NCBI GenBank assembly: GCA_964016885.1
Contig: OZ024744.1
Span: 59,892,001 to 59,956,000 of the forward strand
Origin: Eledone cirrhosa
Taxonomy: Eukaryota
DNA: 64,000 bases
Direction: 5' to 3'
Of this stretch, positions 43,319 through 57,807 are shown one piece after another; position 1 is the stretch's first letter; each line of letters starts with the position of its first letter. The translations under genes were made by a program, and so were the position numbers. Below the pieces are notes generated by a model, which was given only the letters and a program-made list of their open reading frames with translations, was not told where the DNA came from and did no database searches.

Positions 43319-44479
43319 TAAAAATCTAAAAAGCGTTCCTTACATGACCCGGAATGGGTTTTTAGAAATAAGTTCACGTCACAGTTCATTCTTCGCAACA
43401 AAACATGTATTGATTTTGCAGTAGGTCAAGGGAGATAACTCTAACCGGTGTTAGAGCAGTATTCTCCAGGCGACTTTTTATCCGTTATTACTTTCTAGTT
43501 ACAGCTTTACCATTGTCGATACGCACAGGGTCAGGTATGCAACGTTATTTTCCAAATGTTTGTTTGCTGCGCCTGCCCGCCTGGGTCGATTTGTGCCGGG
43601 TCTGGGATGCATAGTTAGTTTCCGGATGTATTTTGCAGCGTCTGTCCGCCGGGGTGTTAAAGTTTGGTGCAGGGCGACCCGGTTTACGGCTTTCACTCCT
43701 CATTCTTATTCCATCTGGAGTAGGATATTTTTAAGCGGTGTGTACAGCTTATCGTCGTTACTACTCTGCTGTTGTTGAGCTCGTGGGGTGCCGTTATGAT
43801 ATGGTAAAGCTCCATGAGGCAAAGCTCGCACTTCCTCTTGAAATCGTACGGTGCTGCTCTGCCGACAATTTCCCAGTGCGTGGAGAAGCTGATGTTTGAG
43901 TCTTTTAATGCTGTGATGTAGTTCGCGAGCGAAGTGGGGTGTCTTAGTTTCTTGTTTGCGAAAGAGTGGAGATATGTTCGAAATCTATTTTTGAACAGGC
44001 CAGAGGTAGCCCCTATATAATGTTTAACGTTATTATGGCTAGTTACGGTGCACCTATAAATAACTCTATCAGTCAGGCAGTTACTCCTAAGAGGGCAGCG
44101 TCACCTGTCACAGCAGTTGCAATTTCGGTCGCGGTCCCTTCTAGTTCCCAAGGTAATGCTATTATTATTGCTATCTATGTAGTTACCTACGCCCCTACAT
44201 CTGTCATTCGTACCATTATAACCCACCGCGTGCGGGGTAGTACCATTATCATTCCGCACGCAGCAGCGCTTTCCGTTGCCGTCCGGTGGCCCGTGCGGGT
44301 CACCTGCATATTCCCCAGTCATGTCGCGGTTATGTTGGTTGCGTCTGTAGTGGCTGTTGTCAGCACTAGTGGGTGGTGCTAGTGAGTTGTCAAGGCCGAT
44401 ATAGTTGTTGTCAGGTGTAGGTGTATCGGTGCTAAGGTGCTGTTTTCGTGATCTTACTGTGATTTGTTGTTCCTATGAT

Positions 44480-46423
44480 GTCTGCTAGGTTAGGAGTAGT
44501 AGAGAAGGATATTTTATATTGTTCCTATTAAGGATTTTCCTGTACCTATGGTTGGGTGGGAAGTTCTTCTCTAAGGCTTCGAATAATATCCGGGGTATGT
44601 CGGAGGCCACACTTTGTACGTTTGCTAAGGGTTATGCTATCAGGGTGACCGCTCTTATGCATGTTATTGTGCTGTAGCCTGTTACGTGTCCCTTTCGCTT
44701 TATGCTTGGGTGCACTCGTCTTCTTTCTGCTACGTTTATGTATAGGAAGATGTTGGTTGGAAGACGTTGGTGGTAGGCCATCGCCTTTGTTGATCCTATA
44801 GTAGGGGAATAATTCAAGTAGGCTACAGTGGTCACTGTCACCGGGGTCGTGATCTTTATTGTGTGGTAAGCTACCAATACTATCGCTAGTGTAATTAACA
44901 ATATAGCCGTGTTCCTTAACGCGATTTTCTATACTATTATATCTGACTCTTTCAAAGCCGCCGCGCGTTCGGTTATAGGTATGGCTTACTATAACGTTAG
45001 TCTTAGGAGAGGGGTGATTTCTGGAGCTAGCATTAGGGATGTAGGAGATTCCTCGGTTAAAACCGGCGCTTATCAAGGCCTTATTGTAGTAATCTGCCGC
45101 TTGGTTGAAAATACCCTCATTGGCGGAGAGCCTCGAGATCCTATGCGAGATGTTATAAACTGTGGAGTTGAGAGTCTGCTTAGGGTGGTTGGAGGCATAA
45201 TTAATATACGAAAGGCTCTCTCCAGGCTTATGGTATGGCTTGTATAGGCCCGTACTCAGGTCCATAGTTACGGATAGGCCGTATGACTTGAAGAACCTGT
45301 GTATGTGCTTGTTAAGGTTCTCTCTTCTACGGGGGCTATGGTTCCTAACGGTAAACAGGGCGTTGTCTCTATATACACCTCCTTGTAGGGCCGGTATCTC
45401 GTCCCTAATCTTATGGAGGAGGTATATTCCGACCAGGTCGGTTGCTTGCGCCGAGTCACTGGACCCCATCGTGATATCGAAGTTATCAGGACGGTTGGTT
45501 CGGGTCCAGTGGGGACCTTCGAACTGGATAATGGTTCTACGCGCCGCTAGAACTATATCTATCTCTTTTTTAGTGAGGCTAGTGTTAGATTTAGCTAGGA
45601 TGAGTGCCTTATTTACGAGTATAGGGGAGATAGAGGCGTAGTAACTATCTATGTCAAACTGGATGAACTTCAGGGTCGCTTTATCAGGCAACTCAGTGAA
45701 CCAATCGATGACCTGGTCGGTGTTGCTCCAGAAGCAGACCTTAGCTTTTCTATTAAGCTCGAGTAGTACTCTATCGAGGATCACTTTACTTATCTTACCT
45801 ATGTCGGATGTAGAGGGACATATTAGTCTAATAGAGGAGCTTTCATTAAAGTTACATTTGTGATCCTTAAGAGAGAATCTAGGCGTAAGAGGGACATGCG
45901 GGTTTGTGTACTTATCTATTTCTAAGCTAGTGACTATATCCTTCCCTACTCTATTTATGTCATTTAAGGTAATAATGGGTGTCTTTTTGTAGTCCTTGTG
46001 TAGTTCTTTATAAATGAATTGTTTAATTTTGCTCGCGTCAATCTTAAAGAGCTTCTTGGTTTTGTCAGAGGTGACGAAGAGGTGTGGGTCATTCTTGATC
46101 TTGGTAATGAGAGCATCCAAGGATGTTAAGAATGGATTACTGCACCGATGTTTCTGCTTGAACTTAGTGTTTCTGATCATTTTCAGCAGGTCCTCCTCAA
46201 AGGAGTCTAGTAAGGTGTTGTGCGGTGAGTTTCGGTATGTTTTGAAGCCATATTTCTCTTTAGGTTCTGGAAGGTTACGGGTGTTCCTATCTAGGTGGTA
46301 GGCCTTCCATCTAACTCTCCGTATAAACGAGTTGGTGGCATCTATAAGTTGTTTGAGGTAGGTTTTTCTGCTGGGTAAGGGGATGCACTTGACAGATATG
46401 GGTAACGGCTGGTTCTCCAACAT
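44480..46423 (-). pseudogene. PLE reverse transcriptase, inactivated
   Basis: FIRRVRWKA, SDKT, LKDHK, QFDIDSYYASI, ITMGS, YRDN (YRDD expected), YKPYHKP; frameshift near 44600. Confidence 0.9.
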
Positions 46424-46769
46424 GATGGCATAGGAACAACTAATCACAGTAAGATCACCAAGATACAGCACCTTAGCACCGATACACCTACACCTGACAA
46501 CAACTATATCGGCCTTGACGACTCCCTAGCAACACCCAAAAGTGCTGACTACAGCCACTACAGACGCAACCAACATAACCGCGACATGACTGGGGAATAT
46601 GCAGGTGACCCGCACGGGTCATCGGACGGCAACGGAAGGCGCTGCTGCGTGCGGAATGATAATGGTACTACCCCGCACGCGGTGGGTTATAATGGTACCA
46701 ATGACAGGTGTAGGGGCGTAGGTAACTACATAGATAGCAATAATAATAGCCTTACCTTGGGAACTAGAA

Positions 46770-47196
46770 GGGACCGCGACCGAAATTGCAACTGCCGTGA
46801 CAGGGTACGCTGACTGATAGAGTTATTTATAGGTGCACCGTAACTAGCCATAATAGCGTTAAACATTATATAGGGGCTACCTCTGGCCTGTTCAAACAAA
46901 AATAGATTTCGAACACATCTCCACTCTTTCGCAAACAAGAAACTAAGACACCCCACTGCGCTCGCGAACTACATCACAGCATTAAAAGACTCAAACATCA
47001 GCTTCTCCACGCACTGGGAAATTGTCGGCAGAGCAGCACCGTACAATTTCAAGAGGAAGTGCGAGCTTTGCCTCATGGAGCTTTACCATATCATAACGGC
47101 ACCCCACGAGCTCATCAACAGCAGAGTAGTAACGACGATAAGCTGTACATACCGCTTAAAAATATCCTACTCCAGATGGAATAAGTATGAGGAGTG
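46770..47196 (+). pseudogene. inverted second copy of the GIY-YIG domain
   Basis: CNCRDR..VIYRC..HYIGATSGLFK..HLHSF..TALANYI..CELCLME..INSR; deletion of about 22 nt and a 4-nt insertion. Confidence 0.85.
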
Positions 47197-47403
47197 AAAG
47201 CCGTAAACCGGGTCGCCCTGCACCAAACTTTAACACCCCGGCGGACAGACGCTGCAAAATACATCCGGAAACTAACCATGCATCCCAGACCCGGCACAAA
47301 TCGACCCAGGCGGGCAGGCGCAGCAAACAAACATTTGGAAAATAACGTTGCATACCTGACCCTGTACGTATCGAAATGGTAAAGCTGTAACTACAAAGTA
47401 ATA

Positions 47404-47495
<92 letters not shown>

Positions 47496-47496
47496 T

Positions 47497-49278
47497 TTTG
47501 AGTTTATGTTGGTTGTATACCAACACCTCAGTATGCAGGCTGGAGCACTCGACGAAGTGCGCAGGTTGGTTTGGTTACTCCGGAGTAGTGTAAAATAAAG
47601 TTAAATAAAAGTCAAATGATTAAAATTTATCTTCGTTTATTACTGCTATATATATTTCAGTGACAGCCATCTTTGGCTGTGACCTCTTCAGGTAGTTTGA
47701 ATTAGTATGGTATAGACAAGTACATATGTTGTTTAGGTGTATAATATTGTCAATACTCTGATATGCCCAGTTCCTTGTTGGGTTGTTATTTCACTGAGGA
47801 ACTGGAGTCATATGAATTCAAACAAACGAATTTCAGTGTCAAAGGTCCCTTTCTCCTCTCATTGGTCAGTTATTAGGACATTCCTCATTCTAAGTGTTGT
47901 TATTGCTGGAGTTAGCTTAAAAATAGAGATAGAATCGGACACAGCCATAATAATTTGGCCAACATCTATAACACAAACACTTTTAATTTACTAGATTTCT
48001 GATTTCCAAGTTCCAATCTTAAATCTTGATTTCTCTTTATTAATTTGTTATTTGTTTTCTGCCCTCTTCACTGTATCACCTTATATTTATTTTTAAGTTG
48101 AGATTGATTATAACACAAACACATTTAGTTTGAATATCTCATCTTAACATCTTGTCTCATACCAATCTATCCAACATATTCTGACCTTGAGATTGGTTAT
48201 AGCACACACACACACTTTATCCTACATTATTTCTCACTTCTCCATATTCATTTTCATTACTTTTTCACCAATTTTTCATTTATGCTTTATTCTTTATTCT
48301 TTATTTATTTTCAAATTATACAAATTATATTAATTATTTTATTATAAAGTACCAGTAATGCACTGGGTAATTGCTGGCCTTGTGCCTAAAATAGAAACAA
48401 TTATTTATTTATGGATTGGCAGTATCGGTAGAGGGTCGGACGCCATGCTTTGCAGCACAGTTACGTCCCTTTACGGACTGAGTTCAAATCCCGCCGAGGT
48501 TAACTTTGCCTTTCATCCTTACGGGGTCGATAAAATAAAGTACCAGTAATACACTGGGATAATTGCTGGCCTTGTGCCAAAAGTAGAAACAATTATTTAT
48601 TTATTTTCTGTTTTCTTCATTTATTGCCTTATATTTCTTCATATAGATGGAAGACCCCCCCCCCACCACCACCACTACGATGGTGGCAGGAGGGATGAAG
48701 AAAAAACACAAACTGGATACTTCTAAATTGTTAGCAGCAACAAGATATAAGCTGACCACTACACCAAAAATAATGGTGGAGGTCAGGTGTACTGAACAAT
48801 AGCAGACAAAAACACTACAGGGAGCCTCACCCCAGAAAGAATTCTATAGACTTCTGACTGAGGAATGCTCTCAGAACTGACCAATGGGAAGTTTGACACT
48901 CTTTTTGTTATTTTGTTCCTTTAACACCTTGTCCCTTCTACCATTTTATCAATTTTTAAGCTAACTCCAGCAATAACAACACTTAGAATGAGGAATGTTC
49001 TAATAACTGACCAATGAGAGGAGAAAGGGACCTTTGACACTGAAATTCGTTTGTTTGAATTCATATGACTCCAGCTCCTCAGTGAATTAACAACCCAACA
49101 AGGAACTGGACATATCAGAGTATTGACAATATTATACACCTAAACAACATATGTACTTTTCTATACCATACTAATTCAAACTGCCTGAAGAGGTCACAGC
49201 CAAAGATGGCTGTCACTGAAATATATATAGCAGTAATAAACGAAGCTAAATTTTAATCATTTGACTTTTATTTAACTT

Positions 49279-49282
<4 letters not shown>
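47497..49282. mobile_element. PLE inverted pLTR pair (47594-47924 and 48952-49282) with HHRs at 47642-47696 (-) and 49180-49234 (+)
   Basis: actgc CTGAAGA GGTcACAGCCA-aaga-TGGCTGTcACT GAAA TATATAT A gcagt AATAAA; tail 47497-47593. Confidence 0.85.
48346..48600 (+). mobile_element. tRNA-derived SINE preceded by a duplicate of its 3' end
   Basis: Matches 28707-28900. Confidence 0.85.
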
Positions 49283-49336
<54 letters not shown>

Positions 49337-49344
<8 letters not shown>

Positions 49345-50020
49345 CGTAAAATAAGAAAATTTAAAAAAAAAATAAAGAAAAAATAAAAAAAAATTAACTT
49401 ACTTACTTAAATTTTCACTCCAACTAATTAGTTTCTGCAATGGGATAAAGACAGTTACGTAATGAACTGTTGAGAATTTCATTGCGTCATCAGGGAGATC
49501 TATTCTCAGCCAAGTCTCCAGGCAATGCGCGGACACTGGGGACTCATATAAAAATAATAATAATTCGGTAAATGGAACAGCTATCGAGGACTGGATTCCA
49601 GGTACTGAAAATTCTCACTGCCACTGGTCATATGGCCGATTCTAAAGAATCAATCACGTGACACAGAGGCTAGTCAGTAGGAATGGGATGGTAAGATGAC
49701 AGACGCCTACTAACTGTCATCTTACCATCCCATTCCTACTGACTAACCTCTGTGTCACGTGATTGATTCTTTAGAATCGGCCATATGACCAGTGGCAGTG
49801 AGAATTTTCAGTACCTGGAATCCAGTCCTCGATAGCTGTTCCATTTACCGAATTATTATTATTTTTATATGAGTCCCCAGTGTCCGGGCTTTGCCTGGAG
49901 ACTTGGCTGAGAATAGATCTCCCTGATGACGCAATGAAATTCTCAACAGTTCATTACGTAAGTGTCTTTATCCCATTGCAGAAACTAATTAGTTGGAGTG
50001 AAAATTTAAGTAAGTAAGTT

Positions 50021-50056
<36 letters not shown>

Positions 50057-50190
50057 TCTTATTTTACGTTTTTTATATTATTGTTCTGCATCCTCCTGCA
50101 TTGAACCACCTAGGTACTATGACATAACCTGTGTATTTGCTGGCATTAGCGTACATCTGTGCGCTTATGTTAGTAGATATATTAAATTAT
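49337..50190. mobile_element. foldback with 365-bp arms and an 11-nt loop (49703-49713); HHRs at 49418-49497 (-) and 49919-49998 (+)
   Basis: ctcc CTGATGA cGCAATG..CATTGCa GAAA CTAATTAGT T ggag; unpaired tail 50077-50190. Confidence 0.85.
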
Positions 50191-50202
50191 CTATATATAT
50201 AT

Positions 50203-50952
50203 ATCATCATCATCATCATCATCATCGTTTAACGTCCGTGTTCCATGCTTGCATGGGTTTGGACGGGAGTTTTCCCACTTGAGGCAAGAGTGGTTGTCTT
50301 GCTCGCATAGGACTGTCTGGCGGGTTTTCTACAGTTGGATGCCCTTCCTAACACCAACCACATTTACAGTGTGGGGCTGGGAGGTTTTTACCGTGTTGCC
50401 TACACGGCCACATTACAGCGTGGACTGTCTGGCAGGTTTTCTACAGCTGGATGCCCTTCCTAACACCAACCACATTTACAGTGTGGGACTGGGACGTTTT
50501 TACCGTGTTGCCTACACGGTCACATTACAGCGTGGACTGTGTGTTTTTTTTTCGTGACACCTACACGATCTCATTTGTTTCGGCCTGGATTTTGTGGCAC
50601 CAACATAACTTTACATTGAAAGGGGCGGTGTGGATGGGGTGGGGGCGGTGGGACGGGGGTGTATTTTGTTAGAGGTGCCTACTGACTGTAGTAGGTTTTA
50701 CTTTGTATTTAGGTAACGCGGGTCTTCTCTGTTACTGAGTACCGCCAAAGGTCTCGGTCCAGTGACATTGTCTTGGAGAGGTGTAAGTGTGTGAGGTCGG
50801 AATTTATCAGCTCGTCCCAGGTTTTTCTGGGTCTGCCTACTCCGTGGCTACCATCTATCTTTATTGCCCTGCACTTTGTTATACAGCTGTCGTCTTTCAT
50901 GCGCATCACGTGACCATACCAACGTAGCCTTCTCTCGAGTAAACAACATCTG
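50203..50952 (-). mobile_element. RTE-clade LINE 3' end
   Basis: RRLRWYGHVMRM..GRPRKTW..DRDLWR; (GAT)n tail; about 112-bp tandem duplication in the 3' UTR at 50310-50538. Confidence 0.88.
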
Positions 50953-51411
50953 ATTTATTAAAATAACAGATTAAAGTTTAAGCAAAGAATAAGAGAACAT
51001 TAGTCTACGACTTCTTTTATACCATAAACGTGGTTCTGTCTTTGCGTGTAATTGTTTTTCACCGCTCCTATTAATGACGTATTATATTCGTTTTTTCCCC
51101 TTTTTTACCAGGGAACGTTTCCACGAACCAAAGTATCGTCTTCCTGTCTTCCTCCGGTTGCAACGTTTTTTGAAATATCCACTTCTGCATTTACAGATTG
51201 ACTTTGTTAGTTTCAGAAGATCCCGTTAAGGGTGAAAGCAGCGATTCTTTGCTTAAACTTTAATTTGTTATTTTAATAAATATTTGCTTTACGGTTCTTA
51301 TATATTTGATATATATTTATCCTTATCGAGCCCTCTTTGGATTTTAGTCTTCAAATTTATTATTATTATTATTATTACTATATATATATTATTATTATTA
51401 CCATATATATA

Positions 51412-51645
51412 TATAAATTAATAAAAACAATGAATAAAACAAAAAACAGTTCCTTATATTGAATTTTTTAATATAAGGAACTGTTTCTTTGTTTTTATTC
51501 ATTATTTTTATTAATTTATATTGACTGTTTTCTTGTGATTTTCATCGAAAAATTTTTGAATACATCTTTTCTTTTCATGATATTTGGATTACATTGAGTT
51601 CTTTTTACGGATTGGACACTACTGTATATTTTGGTAGATTTATCT
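51412..51645. repeat. asymmetric foldback (palindrome 51412-51520) plus tail
   Basis: aacagttccttatatt/aatataaggaactgtt hairpin; tail contains attgagttctt. Confidence 0.65.
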
Positions 51646-51693
<48 letters not shown>

Positions 51694-51762
51694 AAAAAGG
51701 GATGAAATCGAAAATGCAACTGAAGTCTTATTTAAAAAAAAAATATATATATTTATTTGGTT

Positions 51763-51800
51763 CCTTTACCGGTTTCGCAGTTCTTCTGCTTTTCAAAAGG
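51763..51800 (-). ncRNA. 38-nt minimal hammerhead motif with U3-A8 core
   Basis: cctt TTGAAAA GCAG-aagaa-CTGC GAAA CCGGT A aagg; stems I and II perfect; AATAAA follows. Confidence 0.85.
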
Positions 51801-51840
51801 TGAGTTGAGATGGAGGGTCTGTGGTTTTTCACACACACAC

Positions 51841-51983
<143 letters not shown>

Positions 51984-52319
51984 GTGTGTGTGTGTGTGTA
52001 TAAACAAACGTCGTGTGTTGAGAAGCTCGAATTTTCGAACTCTTGATGTCCCAAGGAAATAAATTGATAAGTGGGCTGCAGAAAATAACTGTAATTACAA
52101 TCAGATGCTGTCAATACAAACAATAAAAATCGAGTAGAGACCCTTAGAGACGGGAAAAATGTTGATAGCGGCTGCTACGAAAAATTAAACTCCGTATCTC
52201 CCTGATACAGACTAGATGCTCTATACACATACTTATACACGTGTGTATGAGTGTAGGTATGTGTGCATAGATGTAAATATATATGTATGTATGTATCTAT
52301 GTATGTATTGATGTAGATA

Positions 52320-52361
<42 letters not shown>

Positions 52362-52944
52362 AATGACTATATGTATCAATGAATACATGTATGTTTATGT
52401 GTATGTATGTACGTATATATATATATATGTGTGTATGTATGTATGTATATATATATACATGTATGTATGTATGTATGTATGTATGTATGTATGTATGTAT
52501 GTATGTATGTATGTGTGCATGTATGTATATAAATATATATAAACATATATGCGTGTGTGTATGTGTGTGTACGTGTGGGTTTATATGTGTGTGTGTGTGT
52601 GTGGTTTGTCTGCAAATGTCTGGATGTAATTTCACTGGTGTTTATTTTTATAATAAAGGAGGAGACGGAAAATTTGACACAGTCGGTTACAAACTTAATA
52701 TAGCCTTAGAATATTAGGTGGTCGCCAAGAGCAGCGCCAACATGACTTCGTGTTAAAGAAGATGCCTTTCCTTAGCACCAGCTTCCGGGTGGAATCCAGG
52801 TTAGATTCCACTTTGTGGTCCTTTCATCAAACCGCTTCTCTCCACAGTTGATCAATACCGTGTAGGTAGAGTGTAAATTCGTCAGATGGAAACTGTGCGA
52901 AAGCCGGTCGCTCGCATATATTTGTATATGCTTAAGGAGTGTGT

Positions 52945-53651
<707 letters not shown>

Positions 53652-53844
53652 TATATGTATATATGTATATATGTATGTATGAATGTATGTATAGTGGTAG
53701 AACACTGGGAGGTTATATCTGTAGTAAGTAGAGCACTCAGTCCATAAGACAGGTTCGGTGTATAAAGTTAGTTCCACAGCATACTAACAAACCATCTTCG
53801 AGGACACGTGTTTCACCTAACGGACTTTTGTAAATATATATATA

Positions 53845-56800
53845 CTAGCAGTTTAGCCCGGCGTTGCTCGGGTTTGTTCATTTGCTATGAAAAGTTACAT
53901 ACAGGCAAACGTGGCTTGAAAGCGAATAAGCTTATCAATTAAGTGCATAAAGCAGTTGAACCGGTTATTAAAAGTTACGAACCAATTAGTATTTTGGACA
54001 ATCAATGATGGGTTAATAATCTTCCAATAGCGAATTTAGTAGACCAAAGTTGCAAGATGGTGGCCCTGATGCCGCTGGGTGTCAGATCTGTCCGCCATGG
54101 GTGATCCTACCAGGAAATAGTTTTCCAGACGGCATAGCTCCAACACCTCAAACACCTGCACCAACATCTATAGCACCTCTTTGTAGACGATATTGCGTAT
54201 CATCCCTTGAGGAGTGTAAGCAAAAAGTCCATTCCTGCTCCCTACGCGGGAACAGGCAACATAAAGTTGGCCATGGGAGAAGCATGGCTCCCCCAAATGG
54301 ATGCCCGCCAACGACAATGTTTGCCCTTGTGACTTGTAGACATGGCAAAACATGGTCTCACCGGGAATTGGGATCGCCGGAAATCGAACGGGATATCTGA
54401 CGCCGAGGGGAAAAGGTTCATCCTTGGAATGAAAACATTCTCTCCTCTCCCGCACCCCGTTACAATGGTGGCCTCAATCAAGTGGGGCGTCAGTGACTTG
54501 TACCGTTGCACTGCTTTTGTGGATGCAAGTTCCTTATTAGCATAATGGGACAGCCAACCCTAAACATAAGAATGTGAGGTGGGAGCCCTGGGGGCTCAAG
54601 GGAATTTAATAACTCAACCGGATAATTAACGATATCGTCGGGGTCTGACGTCCGGTCGATAGATTTGAAGATGTGCTCTTTACCGGGAATCTTCTCAATC
54701 AGCTGCTCGTTAATAAAATTAACCATGGGATTTTTCGGAGCAAGGATGGCTCTTTCGCTGAGCCAATCGAGGTTTTTAAAGTTAGATGAGACATTAGGAA
54801 AAACTGCTTCCCAAAGGTCAGAAAGGCTGCTCACAATGTTGCACAGGGATTCGATTGCTCTGCTCCCCTTGTCATCCGCAGAGACCTTGCCCTCACCAAG
54901 TGCTAAAATGTTCTGAGCAAATGCTGCAGACATGTTGTCACCATGCAAATGAGCACGCATATCAGGTACAAACTCTTCACTTAGAGCCACAACATGGACG
55001 ACTTAAGGCAGGCACGCACTTCATCAGTTCTTGGCCCTTTGGGGATGACAGAAAGCGTTTGCCGAAAATCCCCTGATAGCAGAAGGGTTATGCCACCCAT
55101 AGGAGCTGTAGAATCCCTAATGTCTTTCAGGGTCACGTCCAATGCCTCAAGGGCACCCTTGTGTGCCATAGTGCACTCATCCCAAACAATGAGGCAACAT
55201 TTTTTGAGAACCAGAGCTTTGTGTGAACTCTTGCTGATATTGCATGTTGGTGTCTCAGTTTTTACTAAATCCAAGGGGAATTTAAAGGTTGAATGTGCTG
55301 TCCTGCCTCTCGGTAGAAAAGTAGCAGCGATCCCGAACGATGCAACGGCCAACGCAATTTTTTTCTCCTGACGAATCTTAGCGAGAATCAATTTCGTTAC
55401 AAAAGTTTTTCCGGTACCCCCAGGAGCATCGAGAAAGTAAATACCCCCAGTCTGATTTTGAACCGCGTCAATGATAGTTAAATAGGCCAACCTTTGGTCC
55501 AACAGAAGTTTGGGCTCATTTTCCTCTAAGTATTGGGAAAGAGATTCGATGTCACATGCTGTTTCCCGCAACAAATCCGGGACCAACATGTTAGCTTCCT
55601 CTCTGACGGTTGATGGCAAGCCATACGTCGCCAACTCACTCCTCCCCATGTCGAGGAGGGCGTCCTCGATATCAATGAGTGCCCTGTTGTAAATAATGTC
55701 GCTGTAACCAACTTCCACTGAAGGATACTGCAGATGAGCCAGGCGCAGGAAGTCCTCAGACATGAAGTCTCTGTACTTGACCCATATTCACACTTTTGAA
55801 GCAAAATGGCAAAGAGTTCCGTAGACCTTTAGGTGATTTCAACAAAGCACCATCTGCTAAAGTGGAATCCCATTGCGAATCATCTTCCAAAAGACCACGC
55901 TTAAAGCAGGCTTCCCGGTACGTATCACATATTTCTCCATCAACAGTTTTGAGGTCCTGAAAACTTTGTGGGCCTACAACTTCATGCAGAAGAAGGCGGA
56001 GATGAAAGGATTCATGTTGACTTGGGGGTATAGTGTAAACCCTTCCAAGACAGCTGTCAAATTTTACACCAGGATGTCTTTCAACAGTCTGACTTGACTT
56101 TCTTCGCACCCAAGTGTTTTTCGACCATATAAAGTAAGATGGAACCTGGGGGTACACAATTGTTTGCGCAAATGTATCGAACTGGCAAAGTTTGAAGAAA
56201 CCTGTCAGAGTGGTCGCTTTCGGATCGGCGACCAGCTTGGCGGCGGTTTGGTCCGTAAAGTAAACCCTTTGCCCATTTTCCAAATGTACCGCAAGCTGTA
56301 CGATGGCGAGGTGCCGTTGGTGTAGGAGTAAACCAAATAGGCGCCAAAAAGTTTCATTGCTACTGATGTACCACCCCGCCAGGTATTCTGTGACCTCGTC
56401 CCTGCTATTTTCAGCTTGAAATGCGAACATTGCGGCATCAGAACCCTTATTTACATATTTGTATATGTATTTTATCGACTTGACGGAGTTGCAAAACTCA
56501 ACGTTGATGTGGGCGTTGAACATCTTCAAGAGAAGCGGGCAGTAAGGGACCACCCATGTATTGTCGACTTGACCTCCCTTTACTGTTGTGGTGAAGCCAC
56601 TGTTCTAGGGCCGTCTCCGTCTGTACAGGGGGTACCCGTCGCCACCAGTCTGAGTCTGGTCAACAAATTCTTTTGGGTATCCCTTACTGCACGACCCCCT
56701 TTTCAGACACGTGTGATGCTCATTAGGACCCGACGCACACGGACCATGTTAGCTTTGACGATGTCTTGTAATTCCTGGTCAGTTGCTGGGTTAGGGATTT

Positions 56801-57551
56801 CAACCGAAATGAAGCTGTCTATGGCATTTGGATTGATTTTATCAGCTAACCAAATCAAAATGTGAGCATTTGGCAGCCCTCGTTTTTGCCATTCGACGGT
56901 GAACATGTCACATTTTACAGCCCCAAATACCTGACTCTCTTTGATTAAAGCCATGAGTTTAGCCAGTTTCAGTCTGAACACTCTGGCAATGAGGTCATGC
57001 CTGTTCGAATAATTTTGCCCAGGAAAAGGTTCACGGGTTACATTCCAATTCATATGTCTATAGCATTAATCTGTTATATGAAGTGTTATTTTGCGGGTTG
57101 TTATTTTCAATAAGCCAATTGAAAATGCCCCAGATAAGCCGTATGTCAATGCGGAACGCTCAACATGGAACGCTCAATACGTACACTCCACTGCAGTGTT
57201 GTTATATAGGGAGTGAAGAGCGACAGAGAGAGTAAAGCAGTTAAATTCTAGAGGGAGGGAATATACGGAACGCTCCATTTGATCATACACGCTGTTTCTC
57301 TCTCTGCAGAGTTGTCATATAGGGAGTGAAGAGCGACAAAGAGAGTAAAGCAGTTAAATTATAGAGAGGGGAATGATCATGATCGATTTTTGCCCTTATT
57401 GTTGATGGATTTGAAATTTTGTTTACCTCATGACCTTCTCCCGACCAAAATCAATAATTGTCCCGACTTTGAATAAAATCCGTTGGAAATTGTGAACGTG
57501 CATACGTTACAAACCTTAACACACACATCCTCAGATTTATATATATATAGA
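53845..57551 (-). mobile_element. Helitron, internally deleted, with both termini
   Basis: 5' TC at 57551, 3' hairpin cccgagcaacgccggg plus CTAG at 53848-53845, inserted between A and T; Rep motifs VEWQKRGLPNAH and KYIYKYVNKG; Pif1 helicase GGTGKT, WDE, GDFRQ, GQLYVACSRV; frameshifted. Confidence 0.93.
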
Positions 57552-57761
57552 TATAGGAAAATGTATGACCCCGACGGCAGAGCTCAAGCCGTTTCGACGG
57601 CTATTTCTGGACTAAATAGAATTTAGAATAGGAATTTAGTCCAGAAATAGCCGTCGGAACGGCTTGAGCTCTGCCGTAGGGGTCATATATTTTCCTATTA
57701 CCCACTAAGTATTGAGTACTTTGGTGCGTTATGGTCCATCTGGTTCCTTACCACAACTCCT

Positions 57762-57807
<46 letters not shown>

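Larger units (their letters stand above)
43070..47410 (-). mobile_element. near full-length Penelope-like element (Hydra-clade-like) with an inverted 1-kb copy at its 5' side
   Basis: RT ORF, EN at about 43700-44125, HHR at 43278; inverted repeat 43479-44477 versus 46429-47410; (TA)n flanks. Confidence 0.92.

Noticed and set aside
44101-44103. In-frame TGA inside the PLE cysteine motif, suggesting selenocysteine as in some Naiad PLEs
   Set aside because: It is not at a Cys position and the inverted copy has GTA (Val) there; a simple lesion
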